Assembly: GCA_032718475.1 (NCBI GenBank)
Contig: JAUCBJ010007931.1
Coordinates: 1-46,439, forward strand
Direction: 5' to 3'
Length of the DNA: 46,439 bases
Origin: Nemertoderma westbladi
Taxonomy: Eukaryota > Animalia > Xenacoelomorpha
The stretch's first letter is position 1, and every line of letters begins with the position of its first letter. A program made the position numbers and the translations under genes. The notes below the pieces were generated by a model that was given only the letters and a program-made list of their open reading frames with translations, had not been told where the DNA came from and made no database searches. Shown here piece by piece: positions 1 through 12,578 of this stretch.

Positions 1-140
1 GTACCAATACATATTATAAAACATGTGGCATTTTTATTAAATTGTACGTGTGGATGGTGATATTCTCACACAGTTTCTTAGGCCTCCAGGTCGAATTTGT
101 TTAATTCGCTATAAAACGCCATTAAAAAGTCTACTGATAA

Positions 141-201
141 TTACCGGGAATTAACTGCTACAGTATATCAGTGATATACTGTAGCAGTTAATTCCCGGTA
201 A
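141..201. repeat. Perfect inverted repeat, 30-bp arms with 1-nt spacer
   Basis: 141-170 TTACCGGGAATTAACTGCTACAGTATATCA is the exact reverse complement of 172-201. Confidence 0.95.
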
Positions 202-357
202 CTGCTACGGTAGGCCCTACACTTATAAATGGTAAAAAAATCTTACAGACAAAATACATCAAAGGCATACATTTTATGAGAAGCATCAACATAATTTCAA
301 TGTTTTTTTTACTATATTCTAGAATATTAATTCGCTTTTTTTCGATAATAAGTAATC

Positions 358-500
358 AAATATATATATAATAATAATAAAAATATATATAATAATAAAA
401 TAATATAATATAATAATAAAATAATATAATAATAAAATAATATAATAATAAAATATCATAAAAAATAATAAACCATCAATAATAATTAATAAGTATAATA
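358..500. repeat. AT-rich low-complexity tandem repeat
   Basis: Repeated ATAATAATAAAATAATAT-like units. Confidence 0.8.
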
Positions 501-699
501 ATAACTATAACGATTTACGTCTGAAATTGCGTGCTCTTGAATTATATCTGAACATTTTTATGGGGAAATTGAAAAAGGCTTTCATATTCGATTCGGAGTA
601 TCACGTATATTCAAAAAAATAAAATAAAATGGACACGTTTTAACAGTTTTAAACTGTTAAAACTATGTAAACTGTAGCGAAATAATAAAAAAATTAAAA

Positions 700-1535
700 T
701 CCTGCGGTAAACATTCGTATAACACTCGTAAAACATTCGTAACGCATTCGTATAGCGTGGGAAACATTCCTATATAACATGCGGGACGCATTCGTATAGT
801 GTGCGGTAAACATTCGTATAAGGCCCCCCTCACACGGAGCAACTTGTTTCTGCAACTTGTTTCTGAAACTTGTTGCTGGACCCCCTCACACACATAAACT
901 TGTTGCTGCAACTTGTTTCATCAACTTGTTTCCGAAACTTGTTTCTGCAACTTGTTGCTGGACCCCCTCACACACAGAAACTTGTTGCTGAAGAAAATAA
1001 CAATTATTTCCAAATAAATAGCTAACATGTCCAATCATTTATATGTAATATCACATCACTCAAATTATCTAATATTAGCTAGTATCAAAATGGAATGTAA
1101 TAAAAGTTTTTCAAACAGTTGCTGGGAATATAACTTCCAGCAACTTGTTGCTGGACTCCCTCACACACAGAAATAAGTTGCGGAAACAAGTTGCAGAAAC
1201 TTGTTGCTGGAGTCCTCACACACAGAAACAAGTTTCGGAAACAAGTTGCAGCAACAAGTTTCTGTGTGTGAGGGGGTCCAGCAACAAGTTTCAGAAACAA
1301 GTTGCAGAAACAAGTTGCTCCGTGTGAGGGGGGCCTAAGATTAGGGGCGCATTCGTAGAATGTGCGGGATTCGAATAAGGTTCGTATTACATTCGATATG
1401 CGAATAAAGGATGCGTATTTGGTTCGGTTTTCGCATTCGTATCGCATGGTTCATCTATGTAACATTTCAGAATGCGTTACGAATGCGTGAAATATGCGCC
1501 ATCCCATGCGTTACGAATGCGGATTTTTTACTGGG
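700..1535. mobile_element. Degenerate non-autonomous DNA element with CATTCGTA/TACGAATG subterminal repeats (host of the Harbinger MITE)
   Basis: CATTCGTA(ACGC) motifs at 711-820 and 1350-1440, inverted GCGTTACGAATG at 1474-1520; possible right end ...TTTTTACTGGG; left end not found. Confidence 0.4.
822..1335. mobile_element. PIF/Harbinger-type MITE
   Basis: Long TIRs GGCCCCCCTCACACGGAGCAACTTGTTTC.../...GAAACAAGTTGCTCCGTGTGAGGGGGGCC; TAA TSD at 819-821 and 1336-1338; internal AACTTGTT repeats. Confidence 0.9.
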
Positions 1536-1560
1536 ATACATATAATATAATTTAGCAACA

Positions 1561-2888
1561 ATGGATGGTACGGGTGCTGGTAAATATCCAAAGCGGAAAC
1601 GGCAAGCCCCTAGGAGCTATGGATATGAGTCCAGTAGTGATGATGATGGTAGTATTAGTGATGATTCGGAAAGCGATGAGTCTGCTGATGACGACGATGA
1701 TGTTGTGGGCACTGTAGAAGATGATAGTTCCGGTTCTGAGAGTTTACCTGAGTCCGATGATTCTGATTTGGAAGCGATCTGGAAATTTCTAGATATTGGT
1801 CACGACGATTCTGCGCCGAATCGTGATTTTGATGAATCCAAGACTGGATGGCAAGGAGTCGATACAGCTGAATTCGAGGTTGGTGACTATGTTGACCATT
1901 TTATTACCGATGCCATTATTGATATTCTTGTGAAATGTACAAATCAACGTATAGATATGGCCAACAACCAAGAACAAGTAGAAACTGATAAAAAAAATAA
2001 AATTGAAATAAAAAAAGTAAACGCTGATGAAATCAGGCTGTTTCTTGGTGTGACGTTGCTAATGGGCATAGTGAGGAAGCCAACGATACATAGTTACTGG
2101 GCTACAAGAGCAAATATTGCAACTCCGCATTTCATACGGCTGGTGTCTCGTGATCGTTACTGTCAGATTCTCCGCTACCTTAGATTTTCAAACCTGGAGG
2201 AATATGATGCTGGTGAGAAGATAACAAGGTTGAATGATTTCATGGAGGAGATGCATAGGGTCGTCAACGTTTATGTGGCGAAAAAAGAACTCTCACTCGA
2301 TGAGTCACTACTGTTACACAAGGAAGACTCCATTTCAGGCAGTTTATATGGACAAAACGTGCCAGATTTGGAATAAAGCTCTATATGCTTTGTGATAGTT
2401 TCGGCTACATGTTGTCAACTTTTATTTACTTTGGCGCCCAATCTGTCCTAGGTAATGAAGAAGAAGGTGAGGATACTTTGAGTAAATCTGAGAAAGTTGT
2501 AGTGGCCTTGTTGAATAAAGCTCAATACTTGGATAAGGGATACACCGTCAGTACAGATAATTGGTACAATAGTTTACGGCTTACAAACTATCTCCATGGT
2601 AGGACAACTGGACTTCGGGGAACTATAAGGCCCAATCGAGGCGTACCAGTCAATGTAAAGGATAAACCCATACAACCCATAAACTCTGTGTTTGCTCGGA
2701 ATGGAAATGGTAACGGGCCCATCCTTATCATAAAGTACTGCGATAAGAAAGTTGTAAATTTTATTACATCTGTGGACAAAGTAGGGTTGGTTGATAAGAC
2801 TCGTTACCTGCCTGGTTCTCAAACTGTTGAATACAAGAAACCCACAGCTATAGAGAACTACAACCTAAACATGGGCGGTGTGGATGTG
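1561..2888 (+). pseudogene. piggyBac transposase, frameshifted and 3'-truncated
   Basis: Acidic N-terminus; EIRLFLG...MGI, YW, SRDRY, LSLDESL (D1), STDNWY (D2), GTIR, NYNLNMGGVD (D3); frameshift near 2325; ends just after GGVD. Confidence 0.92.
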
Positions 2889-3955
2889 ATGATGATGATG
2901 TCGATGATGATGGAGAATGGGAAGAAGTTCTCAAAGAGGCTGACTTTACGATGAAGTGCCACCAGATTCGGAGTCTCTTTGTAGTTATATTGTTGTTCTG
3001 CAATCCGTCGGATCTGCGTTCTCAATTTGATAGCCATTACGCTGAGTGGACTCATGACTTTCGTCATAAATTCCCTTCAGCCTCAATGGTACAGTTGAAG
3101 GTCATGGTCCTTTTAAACCTGGAACAACAACTACAGGATAGGCGTAAAGAATTAAAAGATTTTGGCCTAGCTGTTCCTACCGACCTTGAAAGGCGGGATG
3201 TGACCTATCTATGCAACACTAGCAGTTTATCCATTCAAATTCCCGCAGCCATCCAAGAGGAACTCAACTATGACATTGATGAGACAATAGCAGACCACAA
3301 TACAAGATTACAACTTCTCAATGATTCACAGAGGGTTGTCTATTCGGAAGTTATGGATGCTGTAAATAAAGGTTGGTCCAAACCACGAGGGAGAATGGGT
3401 AATGCATTGAAAGGAAGCTGTAACTTCCCACTTGGAAACAACACCACAAGTTTGTGCCAATCGCAGTTTAATTATAATGAAATTATACATACAATTAAAT
3501 TAATGTATTATTTTATTGGACTGCTAACAGCAATAGGATACATGCAAAATATTTATTATAATAAAGGAATTACTACATTTTTATTTCAGGAACCAATTTA
3601 CTACTGTTTATTGATGCCCAGGGTGGAACTGGAAAAACGTTCTTTATGAACACTATTCTAGCTGCTGCTCGAACAATCGACGGGGAGAAACATGTGGCTC
3701 TGGCGGTGGCGTCAAGTGGCATTGCGGCGACCTTACTTTCTGGTGGGCGTACATTCCACTCAAGATTCCGCACGCCACTGAAGAGCAGTGCCACTGAACC
3801 CTTTAACATCTCCCCAAACGATTCCACTGCTAGTGTCATAAGTATGGCTAAGGTTATTTTATTAGACGAAGTACCAATGTTACATAGACACCACCTGGAT
3901 GCGCTTGATCGGACTTTGCGGGATATTTCCCACAGCGAAGGATCGAAGGATTTCC
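2888..3955 (+). pseudogene. Helitron RepHel fragment (linker plus N-terminal part of PIF1 helicase) with intron 3372-3589
   Basis: DDGEW..VLKEA, QIRSLFVVILLFCNP, LNDSQR; splicing gives Walker A FIDAQGGTGKT, then VASSGIAATLL.GGRTFHSRF and ILLDE. Confidence 0.88.
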
Positions 3956-4358
3956 CACACGTTCAACCCACTGACAGGATTCTCCCTGAGCACGTTCAAC
4001 CCACTGACAGGATTCTCCCTGAGCACGTTCAACCCACTGACAGGATTCTCCCCGAGCACGTTCAACCCACTGACAGGATTCTCCCTGAGCACGTTCAACC
4101 CACTGACAGGATTCTCCCTGAGCACGTTCAACCCACTGACAGGATTCTCCCTGAGCACGTTCAACCCACTGACAGGATTCTCCCTGAGCATGTTCTACCA
4201 ACAGACGTAATTCTCCCTGAGCATGCTCTACCAACCAATGTGATTCTCCCCGAGCATGCTTTACAACAGACGGCATTCTCCCCGAGCATGCTCCACCAAC
4301 AAACGTAATTCTCCCTGAGCATGCTCCACCAAACGACGTGATTCTCCCCGAGCACTCT
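3950..4358 (+). repeat. 33-bp tandem repeat, about 12 copies
   Basis: Unit CACGTTCAACCCACTGACAGGATTCTCCCTGAG (HVQPTDRILPE); first 7 copies nearly identical, later ones diverge. Confidence 0.95.
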
Positions 4359-4707
4359 CAAAAATTATTATATTTAATTTTGACTTTTAATCAAGTAATT
4401 AATTAACTTTAAAGTAGACCTATGGTTTAATCATTTTATCAAATTTATGTTATTCTACTGTATGTTATGTAATTTGTTTTTATTGTTGTAAAGTATATGG
4501 CAATTTGTTTTTAATGTTTTTATTATTTTTAGTAGTATGTACGTCAAACCAAACATTCTTTATCATGACACTGCCTCTGGGGTCTACTACATATCCTCGA
4601 CTGGTACAATCAGACAACAGAAAACCATGAAACTGTAGGTCTAGTGAGAAGGACTTTCAAATTAAAAAGGTAATCCACAGAAATATTGGTGGGTAAAATA
4701 TGACAAA

Positions 4708-7525
4708 TAATATTTTTTTTAAAGGAACTATACACCCCCAGTCGGGGTAAATTTTATTTAATTATAACCAATAATTATATATAACAGTAAAATGATTTTT
4801 TTTAAATTGAGTTAAGATATTTACTATGAAATAAAATAACATTATAACAGTATACATTACTGTAATTCGATAGAGAGTTATGTCTGTGTGATGGATGCGA
4901 TGGAGGGGAAGCTGCTGCAGTGTAGTACATGATACCTATCCTGTGCTGAATCACCGCAGAATTGACACCGGCATGCATCCGTCAGTTCATGAAACGGCGT
5001 TCGATCAAGGCTGTGTTTAAAATGGAAACCATGAGAGGTTACCCGGGTGACAAGGTGTCTGTTCGACTGCATTGAGCCTTTCCAGACATTTGAATTGAAG
5101 CCTGGGCCACGAGAGTAGCCCATTGAGATGAAGTTCTCCTCCCGCCCAAGTCTGTACTGCTTATATTTCAGCAAAACTTCAGGGTTGAACGAAGTTGGCG
5201 TTTTAGTTGCTAGATCTTCAATGATTGTTTTGCAGTCGTTAACTTTAGAACTAGAATCGTAGAGGAATTTTTCAGCAACCACTGTAGGCGTTTGAGAAAT
5301 GTTCCTTTAATTTTATCTACTTCCTTCATATTCCCGATGGTGAAGTGTTTGGCGATCCTTGCAGTCGTTAACTTTAGAACTAGAATCGTAGAGGAATTTT
5401 TCAGCAACCACTGTAGGCGTTTGAGAAATGTTCCTTTAATTTTATCTACTTCCTTCATATTCCCGATGGTGAAGTGTTTGGCGATCCGAGAAGGCGTATG
5501 TCACACAAGGCATGATCTTCATTTCAAAGATTTTTATTCCAGTTCCAATGGGCAAGAGCTGGAGATTAGGAAGACACCCAATAATTGCGAAGCATTTCTG
5601 CTTCTTTTGATCTAAGTGCTTTGTGAAGCATAATGTTGGCTGTAGTACAACCCTCAAATATTCATACTGGTTACATATATCTATAGTTTTCCCGCCATAT
5701 GTAAATTTATCCAGATGCGCGAGTCGACCACCCTTTCTAAACTTTAGGATTTTAGTTTTGCTGATGTTGAGTTCCATTGAGTTTGATGAGCACCAGTTGT
5801 GTAGAGTGTTAAGAGCGCACTGGATGTCATCACGACATGAGGAATATATCACCAAGTCGTCTGCGAAAAATATAGATTTTATAGTCACAGAGATCTGGTG
5901 GAGAGCTATGGCGAGGTCAGCTATAAAAATCAGGAAACAACTTGGCGAGAAGCAGTCTACTTGTAATATACCGCGAAGTTGATTTAACAACAGCATCAAG
6001 CAGGATTGATCGATTGACAAAGTCAAAAGCTTTCCTGAAGTCAATGAACACCGCGAATACTACGCGGGAGTCTCCATCACCTCTCAATGTTGAAGACACA
6101 TTGTTTAACAGTTTTCTCAGTGCCTGCAGCGTTGATTTACCCTTGGTAAATCCAAACTGTTCCTTGGGAAGCAAGCGATTGATGTGAGAACGTACTCTTT
6201 TGTTTATTACAGTTGTCAAGATCTTTAGTAGGGTTGAAATGAGGGCAATACCTCTATAATTGTCCAGCGAGGTTTTGCTTCCTTTACCCTTGTAGAGTAT
6301 TTTAGTTATGCTTGTTTTCCAGGATGAAGGTAAGGACCCAACATTTAGGCACACATTATATAAACCTACAAGAATAGGAAGGATTAATGGGAGGGACATC
6401 TTTATCGTTAAATATTCTATCTGGTCCACATGCCTTCTTGCTTTGTGCTGAATTAGCTGCGTCCAGAACTTCGGTTTCAGTAATCTCTTCATTGAACCAT
6501 GCCGATTCTAGTTTGTCTTCCTCTGATGGTTCTGGTATGGGCTCCATTCCATGAGGATTTACATCATTACAAAGCAAGTTTTGAAAATGTTTTTCCAGTT
6601 CGTCCTTGGCTATTGGAGCTACTCTAATCGGCTTGTGGTCCTTGAATAGAGACCATTCAGTGTCTCTAATTTTTTCAATTAATTTTTCTTCATTGAATGC
6701 TGCCTTCTTTTGATTTATCATTGCCTTGTAGGATTTCCGAGTGGCCCAAAATGCTTGACTGTCCAGCTCTGAGTCATTTCGTTTAGCTGTAAGTTCGATG
6801 AGAGCTTTCTTAGCCTTACAACAATCGCTGTCGAACCACGGTTTGTTGCAATATGTGCTCCCACCACTATGTACTGTCGAGGTGGTCATTGCCTCTGTTA
6901 ATAGTTCGGTTGCTTCATCGATGTTGTTGTTCCCAAGTTCATAGTGGATATCGTGCGTTGGCAATATCTCTCTTAATGTGACTTTATTGATCTTCCTCGA
7001 TAATGTTGGCTGAGCTTTATCAACTGGTATCTTTGCGTAACCACTAAGTTCCAACTCCAGAGTAACTTTAAGATGTTGTGATTGATGGTTCGCTTGGAGA
7101 CGAGCCAGAAACTGGGTATTTAATGAAAACTAAGTCTATTGTACTACGCCCTTGTGGAGAATAGTACGTGTATAATCCCGACTGACTCTGAAGGATAAAC
7201 CCTAGGTCAGCAAGACTGGACGGACGCAAGCTCTGTCCCTCTCGAACCTGAATCTAAGCGGCAGTTGAAGTCCCCACCTATAATGATAGGCAGTTCTTCA
7301 TGAGTTCCTGTTAGTGCTTCATTTATCATGAGTATAATATCCGGTGTATCCGGTGTAAAGTAGAAGACTAAAAAGAAGGCACAACTTGTCTCAACAACTA
7401 TATAAGAGGCTGTTGATTTAATAAACTTTGGATTTAGTTCTGGTTTACTAAGAATCATCAGGCCTCCACTTGGCCGGCCGCGAAGTAACTTCTTAGCTGG
7501 TTGGATGAATGGATAATATGAGTAA
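4708..7525 (-). mobile_element. Degenerate non-LTR retrotransposon (APE-RT, L2/CR1/Daphne-like)
   Basis: Endonuclease IIGGDFN; KPWFD; KACGPD; YRGIAL; QFGFTKGKST; FIDFRKAFD; GILQ.D.FSP; FADDL; C-terminal CxxC...H..C; several frameshifts and a deletion. Confidence 0.88.
5230..5487. repeat. 129-bp exact tandem duplication within the LINE
   Basis: 5230-5358 = 5359-5487. Confidence 0.92.
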
Positions 7526-7615
7526 ATATTGATATTGATAATTATGTTAATATGTTAATGTTAATGTTAATATTAATGTTAATGTTAATATGTTTATGTT
7601 AATATTGATAATTAT
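7520..7615. repeat. (ATGTTA)n microsatellite
   Basis: Repeated ATGTTA/ATATTG units. Confidence 0.8.
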
Positions 7616-8899
7616 TTAATGACAAATAATATTAAATACCGATAAATTATTATTGACTCATTTGATGAGCAGTAAAAGGTATCATCAAATAATTTTTCAT
7701 TAAAATAGCTCTCAATGTAAATTATATTATTTAGAAATAATAGTACTGTCAGGATCTATAATCGTCAATTCGTATGGTGCGCACTTGATAGATTGAATGC
7801 TTTTTGTTTCGAAAATTATATGTCTACTATAAAACGAAGCATTACAACAAGGGGAGTTGATCTGGTGCTTCAAGAGGTAATGAACATAAGATTTGATAGA
7901 GTGAGTTCCTGTTCACTAGAAAATACCCATGGGACAAAGATTGGAAAGGGAAATTGCATGTTCGCAAATTAGAAATCTCAGACTTTCGCTGGCATACTTT
8001 TGCTAATATATATGCCCATGGCTTTCAGAAACGAAAACGTATATTATATTAGTGTGCTGTGTAACGAATTCTATACAGTACCCGTGTATTTAGCATTGTA
8101 GGACTATCTTTAATTATTTTATATATAAAATATGTCATGGATTCGTTGACCATACCATTATATACTGATGCTATAGTATAATGCCATGATGGAACAAATA
8201 AGTGTTACTTTCCTCTAAATACTGACACAGAAATTGTTGATTCAGTAATGCCAAAATTTAGGGGCACCATATGATGTGAATTGGGTAGAAAAGTGGAAAA
8301 TATATACATGTCTCACATAGCTCAGTTAATTATACATCCTTTATGGCTGTGTTGGATAAAGCCCCATGAAATGCAGTGAAAGCATTTCAGCTTTAAACAG
8401 GTTGCGTCTTCTCTCCATGATAAAGTTTTACCTAATACGAGAGATCACCTTCGTTTTCATTCATTTTCAACATTGGGTCTTCCAATATCTTTGTCATATG
8501 ATGAAACTTATATCTCCTTCAACATCATCATATCAGGCCTATATCAAAGCCTAGCACTAGCACTTTAGATTCATAAATTCCCAATCCTCCCCCCCAAACA
8601 TACTGCCATAAAAAGCTTCACCTTCTACATCCAATGTTAATGTTGTACATGCTTCTTCTCCACATCATCTTCAACACCTCAGAATTCAACCTCCCAGTTA
8701 TTATCTAAGCTGAAAAAACAAGGCGAATTTGATCTCAAATATAAGGTTAATCTTAAGTCAATGATGGACTGTCAACTTGCCGGATCGAATTACCTCTTAA
8801 ATATGATTTACATTCTTTTTGTGTCCACATTGGAAATTTAGACAAAAGGTTTTAAGTAAACTTGTTGAAAGAGACCAACACCAATGGAACAGTGGAAAC

Positions 8900-9700
8900 T
8901 AGCAATTAGTTTTTCGAAACTGTCATAAATCCAGCGAAAAGCAGTGCTGCTGACTTGGAGTTGATGATATCAAACCCTTCACTGATTAATAGTCTTTCAA
9001 AGATAGGTGGTAGTTCACTCCATTAAAGAAAATTGTTGGATATTGACGCCAATTGTGCATACACTAAAGTTCTTGGAATGCCTTGGAATACTACTTCTGA
9101 TAACATATTTGTAGATAGAGATAGATAGATAGATACATCTTGTGTTGCATAACCACCCTCTTTCACTCTGTGCAGCTTATTGAGGTCTATGGCCAAGGTA
9201 TTTGATACCTTAGGTATTGCACATGGACCAACATTCCACGCATAATCATGCAACACTCATGGTCCGAGGGTGGAAAGTGGGATGTTGAAATGTCAGAATC
9301 TCTCCAACTTCCATGGTTGTCCTGGTTAGAGGATGCCGGAAATTCTGCCATTATTAAAGTAATGGCTATGTTTATATTTACAGTAGTTGTGATTTGCATG
9401 TCTTTTTCGATGCTTCTAAAAAATCAGCAATTGCCTCGGCCTTGCATATGTTGTCCATATAAATGCATATCAACTCTACTTGAGGAACTGCTCACTCTCG
9501 TAATTGTTACTAGCTCTCTGGTGGTAGGTTAAATAAAACGGGTGTCCCAAAGCGTGACACCTTTGTCAATTACCATATCAAGGAGATTTGATATCTTACT
9601 TAAGTGAAGCACTTGGAAGGATCATTAAGTCCAAAATTGTGAGAGGTTTTAATTGTGTGGTCCAATTGTTATTTGATCTCTATTTATTGTTTAAAGTGCA
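8900..9700 (+). pseudogene. BEL/Pao LTR retrotransposon pol remnant
   Basis: TKVLGMPWN (9063), VFDTLG (FDPLG-like, ~9198), W..GGKWD, LHVFFDAS (Pao RNase H-like, ~9394); heavily deleted. Confidence 0.75.
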
Positions 9701-9772
9701 TTTAATATCATACTGGTTTTTTTAGAATATTATAACCTTATATTTTATTAATTTACCCAATCGAACCCTTAT

Positions 9773-11321
9773 CCCTATTAGTACCGGGCTATAAAATGTT
9801 GTACAAATACCGGGAGGGGGTCATATTGACCCCCCCCCCTCTAAAATCTACAAATATTTACGAAAACGTCTGATTTTTTGTTTGTACGTAGGTATCACTT
9901 GTCTGGATCCGACCGAAAAAAAAAATTTTTGAAAAAATGTACTGGGGTGGTTTATATTGCAGCACCAAAAGTAGTTCACAATTTTCACCAAATTTGAAAG
10001 TTACATTTTCGGCTAATTATTTTTCAATACAGGTTTTCTGGGGTGCAAAATACATTGGAAAATATTAAAAAATGATATGATTACTATAAATGGCTGTTTA
10101 GCCCTCTCTGCGTAGGAAAAAAATGAAAAAAACAAGTAACCAGCACTTTTCAGTTAGTACACAAAATTTGTAATTCACTTATACAATGCTATAAATTCAC
10201 ATTTTCAGGTTTTCGAGAGCGCTGATTCTAATGGAATACATTTCTATTATGCCAGATCATTGCTACTTGTATTTTTCGGTGTAATTTGGCAAATTTTGGT
10301 GCTAGCACCAAATTTCGTACCCATCACCAAAAAGTACAAGTTTGCGATGTCCAGTGCTTTTTTTATTGATTCCATCGGATTTAGGACCCTCATAAACCCG
10401 TATAACGCAAGAAATAAGGTGATACTATCTACTTATCAATTTGCATATTTTTCAAAATTTGGTGCTGGCATAACAATTTTCACCCACCGGCGAAAAATAC
10501 AAGTTTGAGAACTCTTATGAAATTTTTACTAATTCCATTGAATTCAGAACCATCACAAACCCGTATAACGCAAGAAACAAGGTGACACAATCAATTGATA
10601 TATTTGATGGTTTTCAAAATTTGGTGCTAGCACCACATTTTGCACCCACATCCGAAAAATACTAGTTTGAGATGTCTAGTTCGATAATTATATTTTCCAT
10701 TGAATTCAGAACAGCCATAAACCTCTAAAACGCAAGAAATAAATTGTCACACGCAATTTTATCTATTGAATGGATTTTCAAAATTTTGGGCTAGCACCAA
10801 AATTTGCACACAGCACCGAAAAATACAAGTTTGATACGCTTGGTGCAACTCGTATATATTTCATCGAATCCAGAAACCCAAAAAACCCCAATTGCGTAAA
10901 AAACAAGTTTCAAACGTTCAATTTACAAAATTGACTTATTTCAAAATTTGGTGCTGGCACCAAAATTTGGTACCCGCCGAAAAATACAAGTTTAAAATTT
11001 CTAAATCAATTGATATGAATTCCATCAAATTTCTAACACCAAAAAACCGGTGTAAATCAAAATTAGAGATGTTACAATTCATATTTAATGAAATGTAATT
11101 TTCAAAAAACGTCTCAAAAAAAGTGCCAAAAGTAGGGTTAAAAAATGGTGCTATATCTCGAAAAGTACCCAATATTTTTGAAAACGGTTTTCACTACTAG
11201 GAAGACAATAGATTTTTAGGAAGTCATAAAATTTCAGATTCCCAACTGCGTTTGTTTCAGAATTATAATAAAAAAACCACGGGGGGGGGTCATATTGACC
11301 CCCCCCCCGGGTTTAATAGGG
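9773..11321. mobile_element. Non-autonomous piggyBac-like element
   Basis: Termini CCCTATTA.../...TAATAGGG; flanks TTAT (9769-9772) and TTAA (11322-11325); GGGGGTCATATTGACCCCCC near both ends; no ORF. Confidence 0.8.
10200..11060. repeat. About 163-bp diverged tandem repeat, 5 copies, palindromic core
   Basis: AAATTTTGGTGCTAGCACCAAA(A)TTT-like cores at ~10291, 10455, 10617, 10781, 10943. Confidence 0.85.
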
Positions 11322-11457
11322 TTAATATCCTCCATAATCTATTGCCCTTCAATTGACCACTCTTATTGAGAGATAATGTTTCCATTATTATCTAAATAGA
11401 ATCAATAATTAAGGACTAAATAGATTCCGACCAATTAGTTGGCCCCGGATCATTCCA

Positions 11458-12408
11458 TGTGTCCCTGTCGATTATAGTACGAAAATATCACTTGTTTTAA
11501 CTCGCTTGTGGCGCTGAGTTGTAAATTATAATTTGCTGTAATGTAGTTAAATTTTGGAGAAAGTCTGTTCATATTATAATGCATATTATAATACACAATG
11601 TGTTTTTTGAATTAAAAACTGACCTATTTTGTGATAATCCGAATAACTAACTCTCTATCCCACTTGGGTATTTTTGTAAGTAAATATTCATCACATTTCA
11701 TATAATTTTAGAGAAGCAATAAATACATATTGTAATGTCATTGTTAATAAGTATTTTAATTTTAACAATATTTTGATAAATTTAGTAAATAATTTTTGAT
11801 AGTTCGTTATTTCATTTTGGTTTTTTAAATATGTTTTTGCTATATTGTATATGTAACGTACATAAGTATTACACTAGTTGTGTTGTAATACACGTTTTTT
11901 CTTATACTTAAAAGGTTAAACTAAATCGCAGTTGGTAATGTTTTACAGTAATCACGCAGTTAGGAGAGTTTATCTTAATTGAACTAATTTAGAGTGGAAT
12001 TACGGAGATTAAACATGTTTATATAAAGTGCTTAACTGTTTACAGTGCTACAATAGAGTGATATAATAATAGGGGGGGGGGGGGGGGGGGGGGTGTCATA
12101 TATTTCATATAATGTGTACTGAACTTAAAACAATATCAATGCAAAATATGGTGCTAATAATAAAGTCGTGTATAAACTGTAGAGGCAATTATATTTACGG
12201 CTTGGGCAAAGGATTGGCAATAGACCTGTATATTGTGTTTGTTATTAGTACATTATTTGTTCACGATCATTCAGGTGAAGTGAATTGTATTATGTTTGTA
12301 TACTATCTATCACAAAGTGACTTTTCGTTTTTGTTATTAATAAGTTTTGCAAGTAGAAGGAATAGTTTGTTTTCACACTCAATTTGTGGAAATTATATTT
12401 TCGCAACA
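11458..12408 (+). mobile_element. Putative BEL/Pao LTR
   Basis: Ends in ...CAACA directly before PBS-like TTTGGTGCCCG; follows GGCCCCGGA and the pol remnant; 5' TGT boundary uncertain (11458 or 11466). Confidence 0.5.
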
Positions 12409-12421
12409 TTTGGTGCCCGAT
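12409..12421 (+). promoter_or_regulatory. Primer-binding-site-like sequence
   Basis: CA-TT-TGGTGCCCGA upstream of gag-like ORF. Confidence 0.55.
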
Positions 12422-12578
12422 AAAATATACATTAAGAAAATACATTATGTATAATTACTTGTGTAATAATCATTTGTAAGTCAAAAAACTCAAACATGTT
12501 TGTCGATACTGTATAACCGCAAAGGGAAAGTCAACAGGCTACCTCATTAATCAAAAGGGTAATATTCATCACACAAAG

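Noticed and set aside
663-1447. Short Cys-rich ORFs
   Set aside because: Translations of MITE inverted repeats
3854-4361. Repetitive ORFs in alternative frames
   Set aside because: Artefacts of a stop-free 33-bp repeat
4353-4370. CACTCTCAAAAA as the missing end of the EnSpm-like element
   Set aside because: Short match that is part of the decayed 33-bp repeat; no matching subterminal repeats
8380-8712. Possible minus-strand exon remnant
   Set aside because: Stops and frameshifts; no recognisable motif
12072-12093. Poly-G tracts (also 39200-39222)
   Set aside because: Simple homopolymers with unreliable length; no evidence of function
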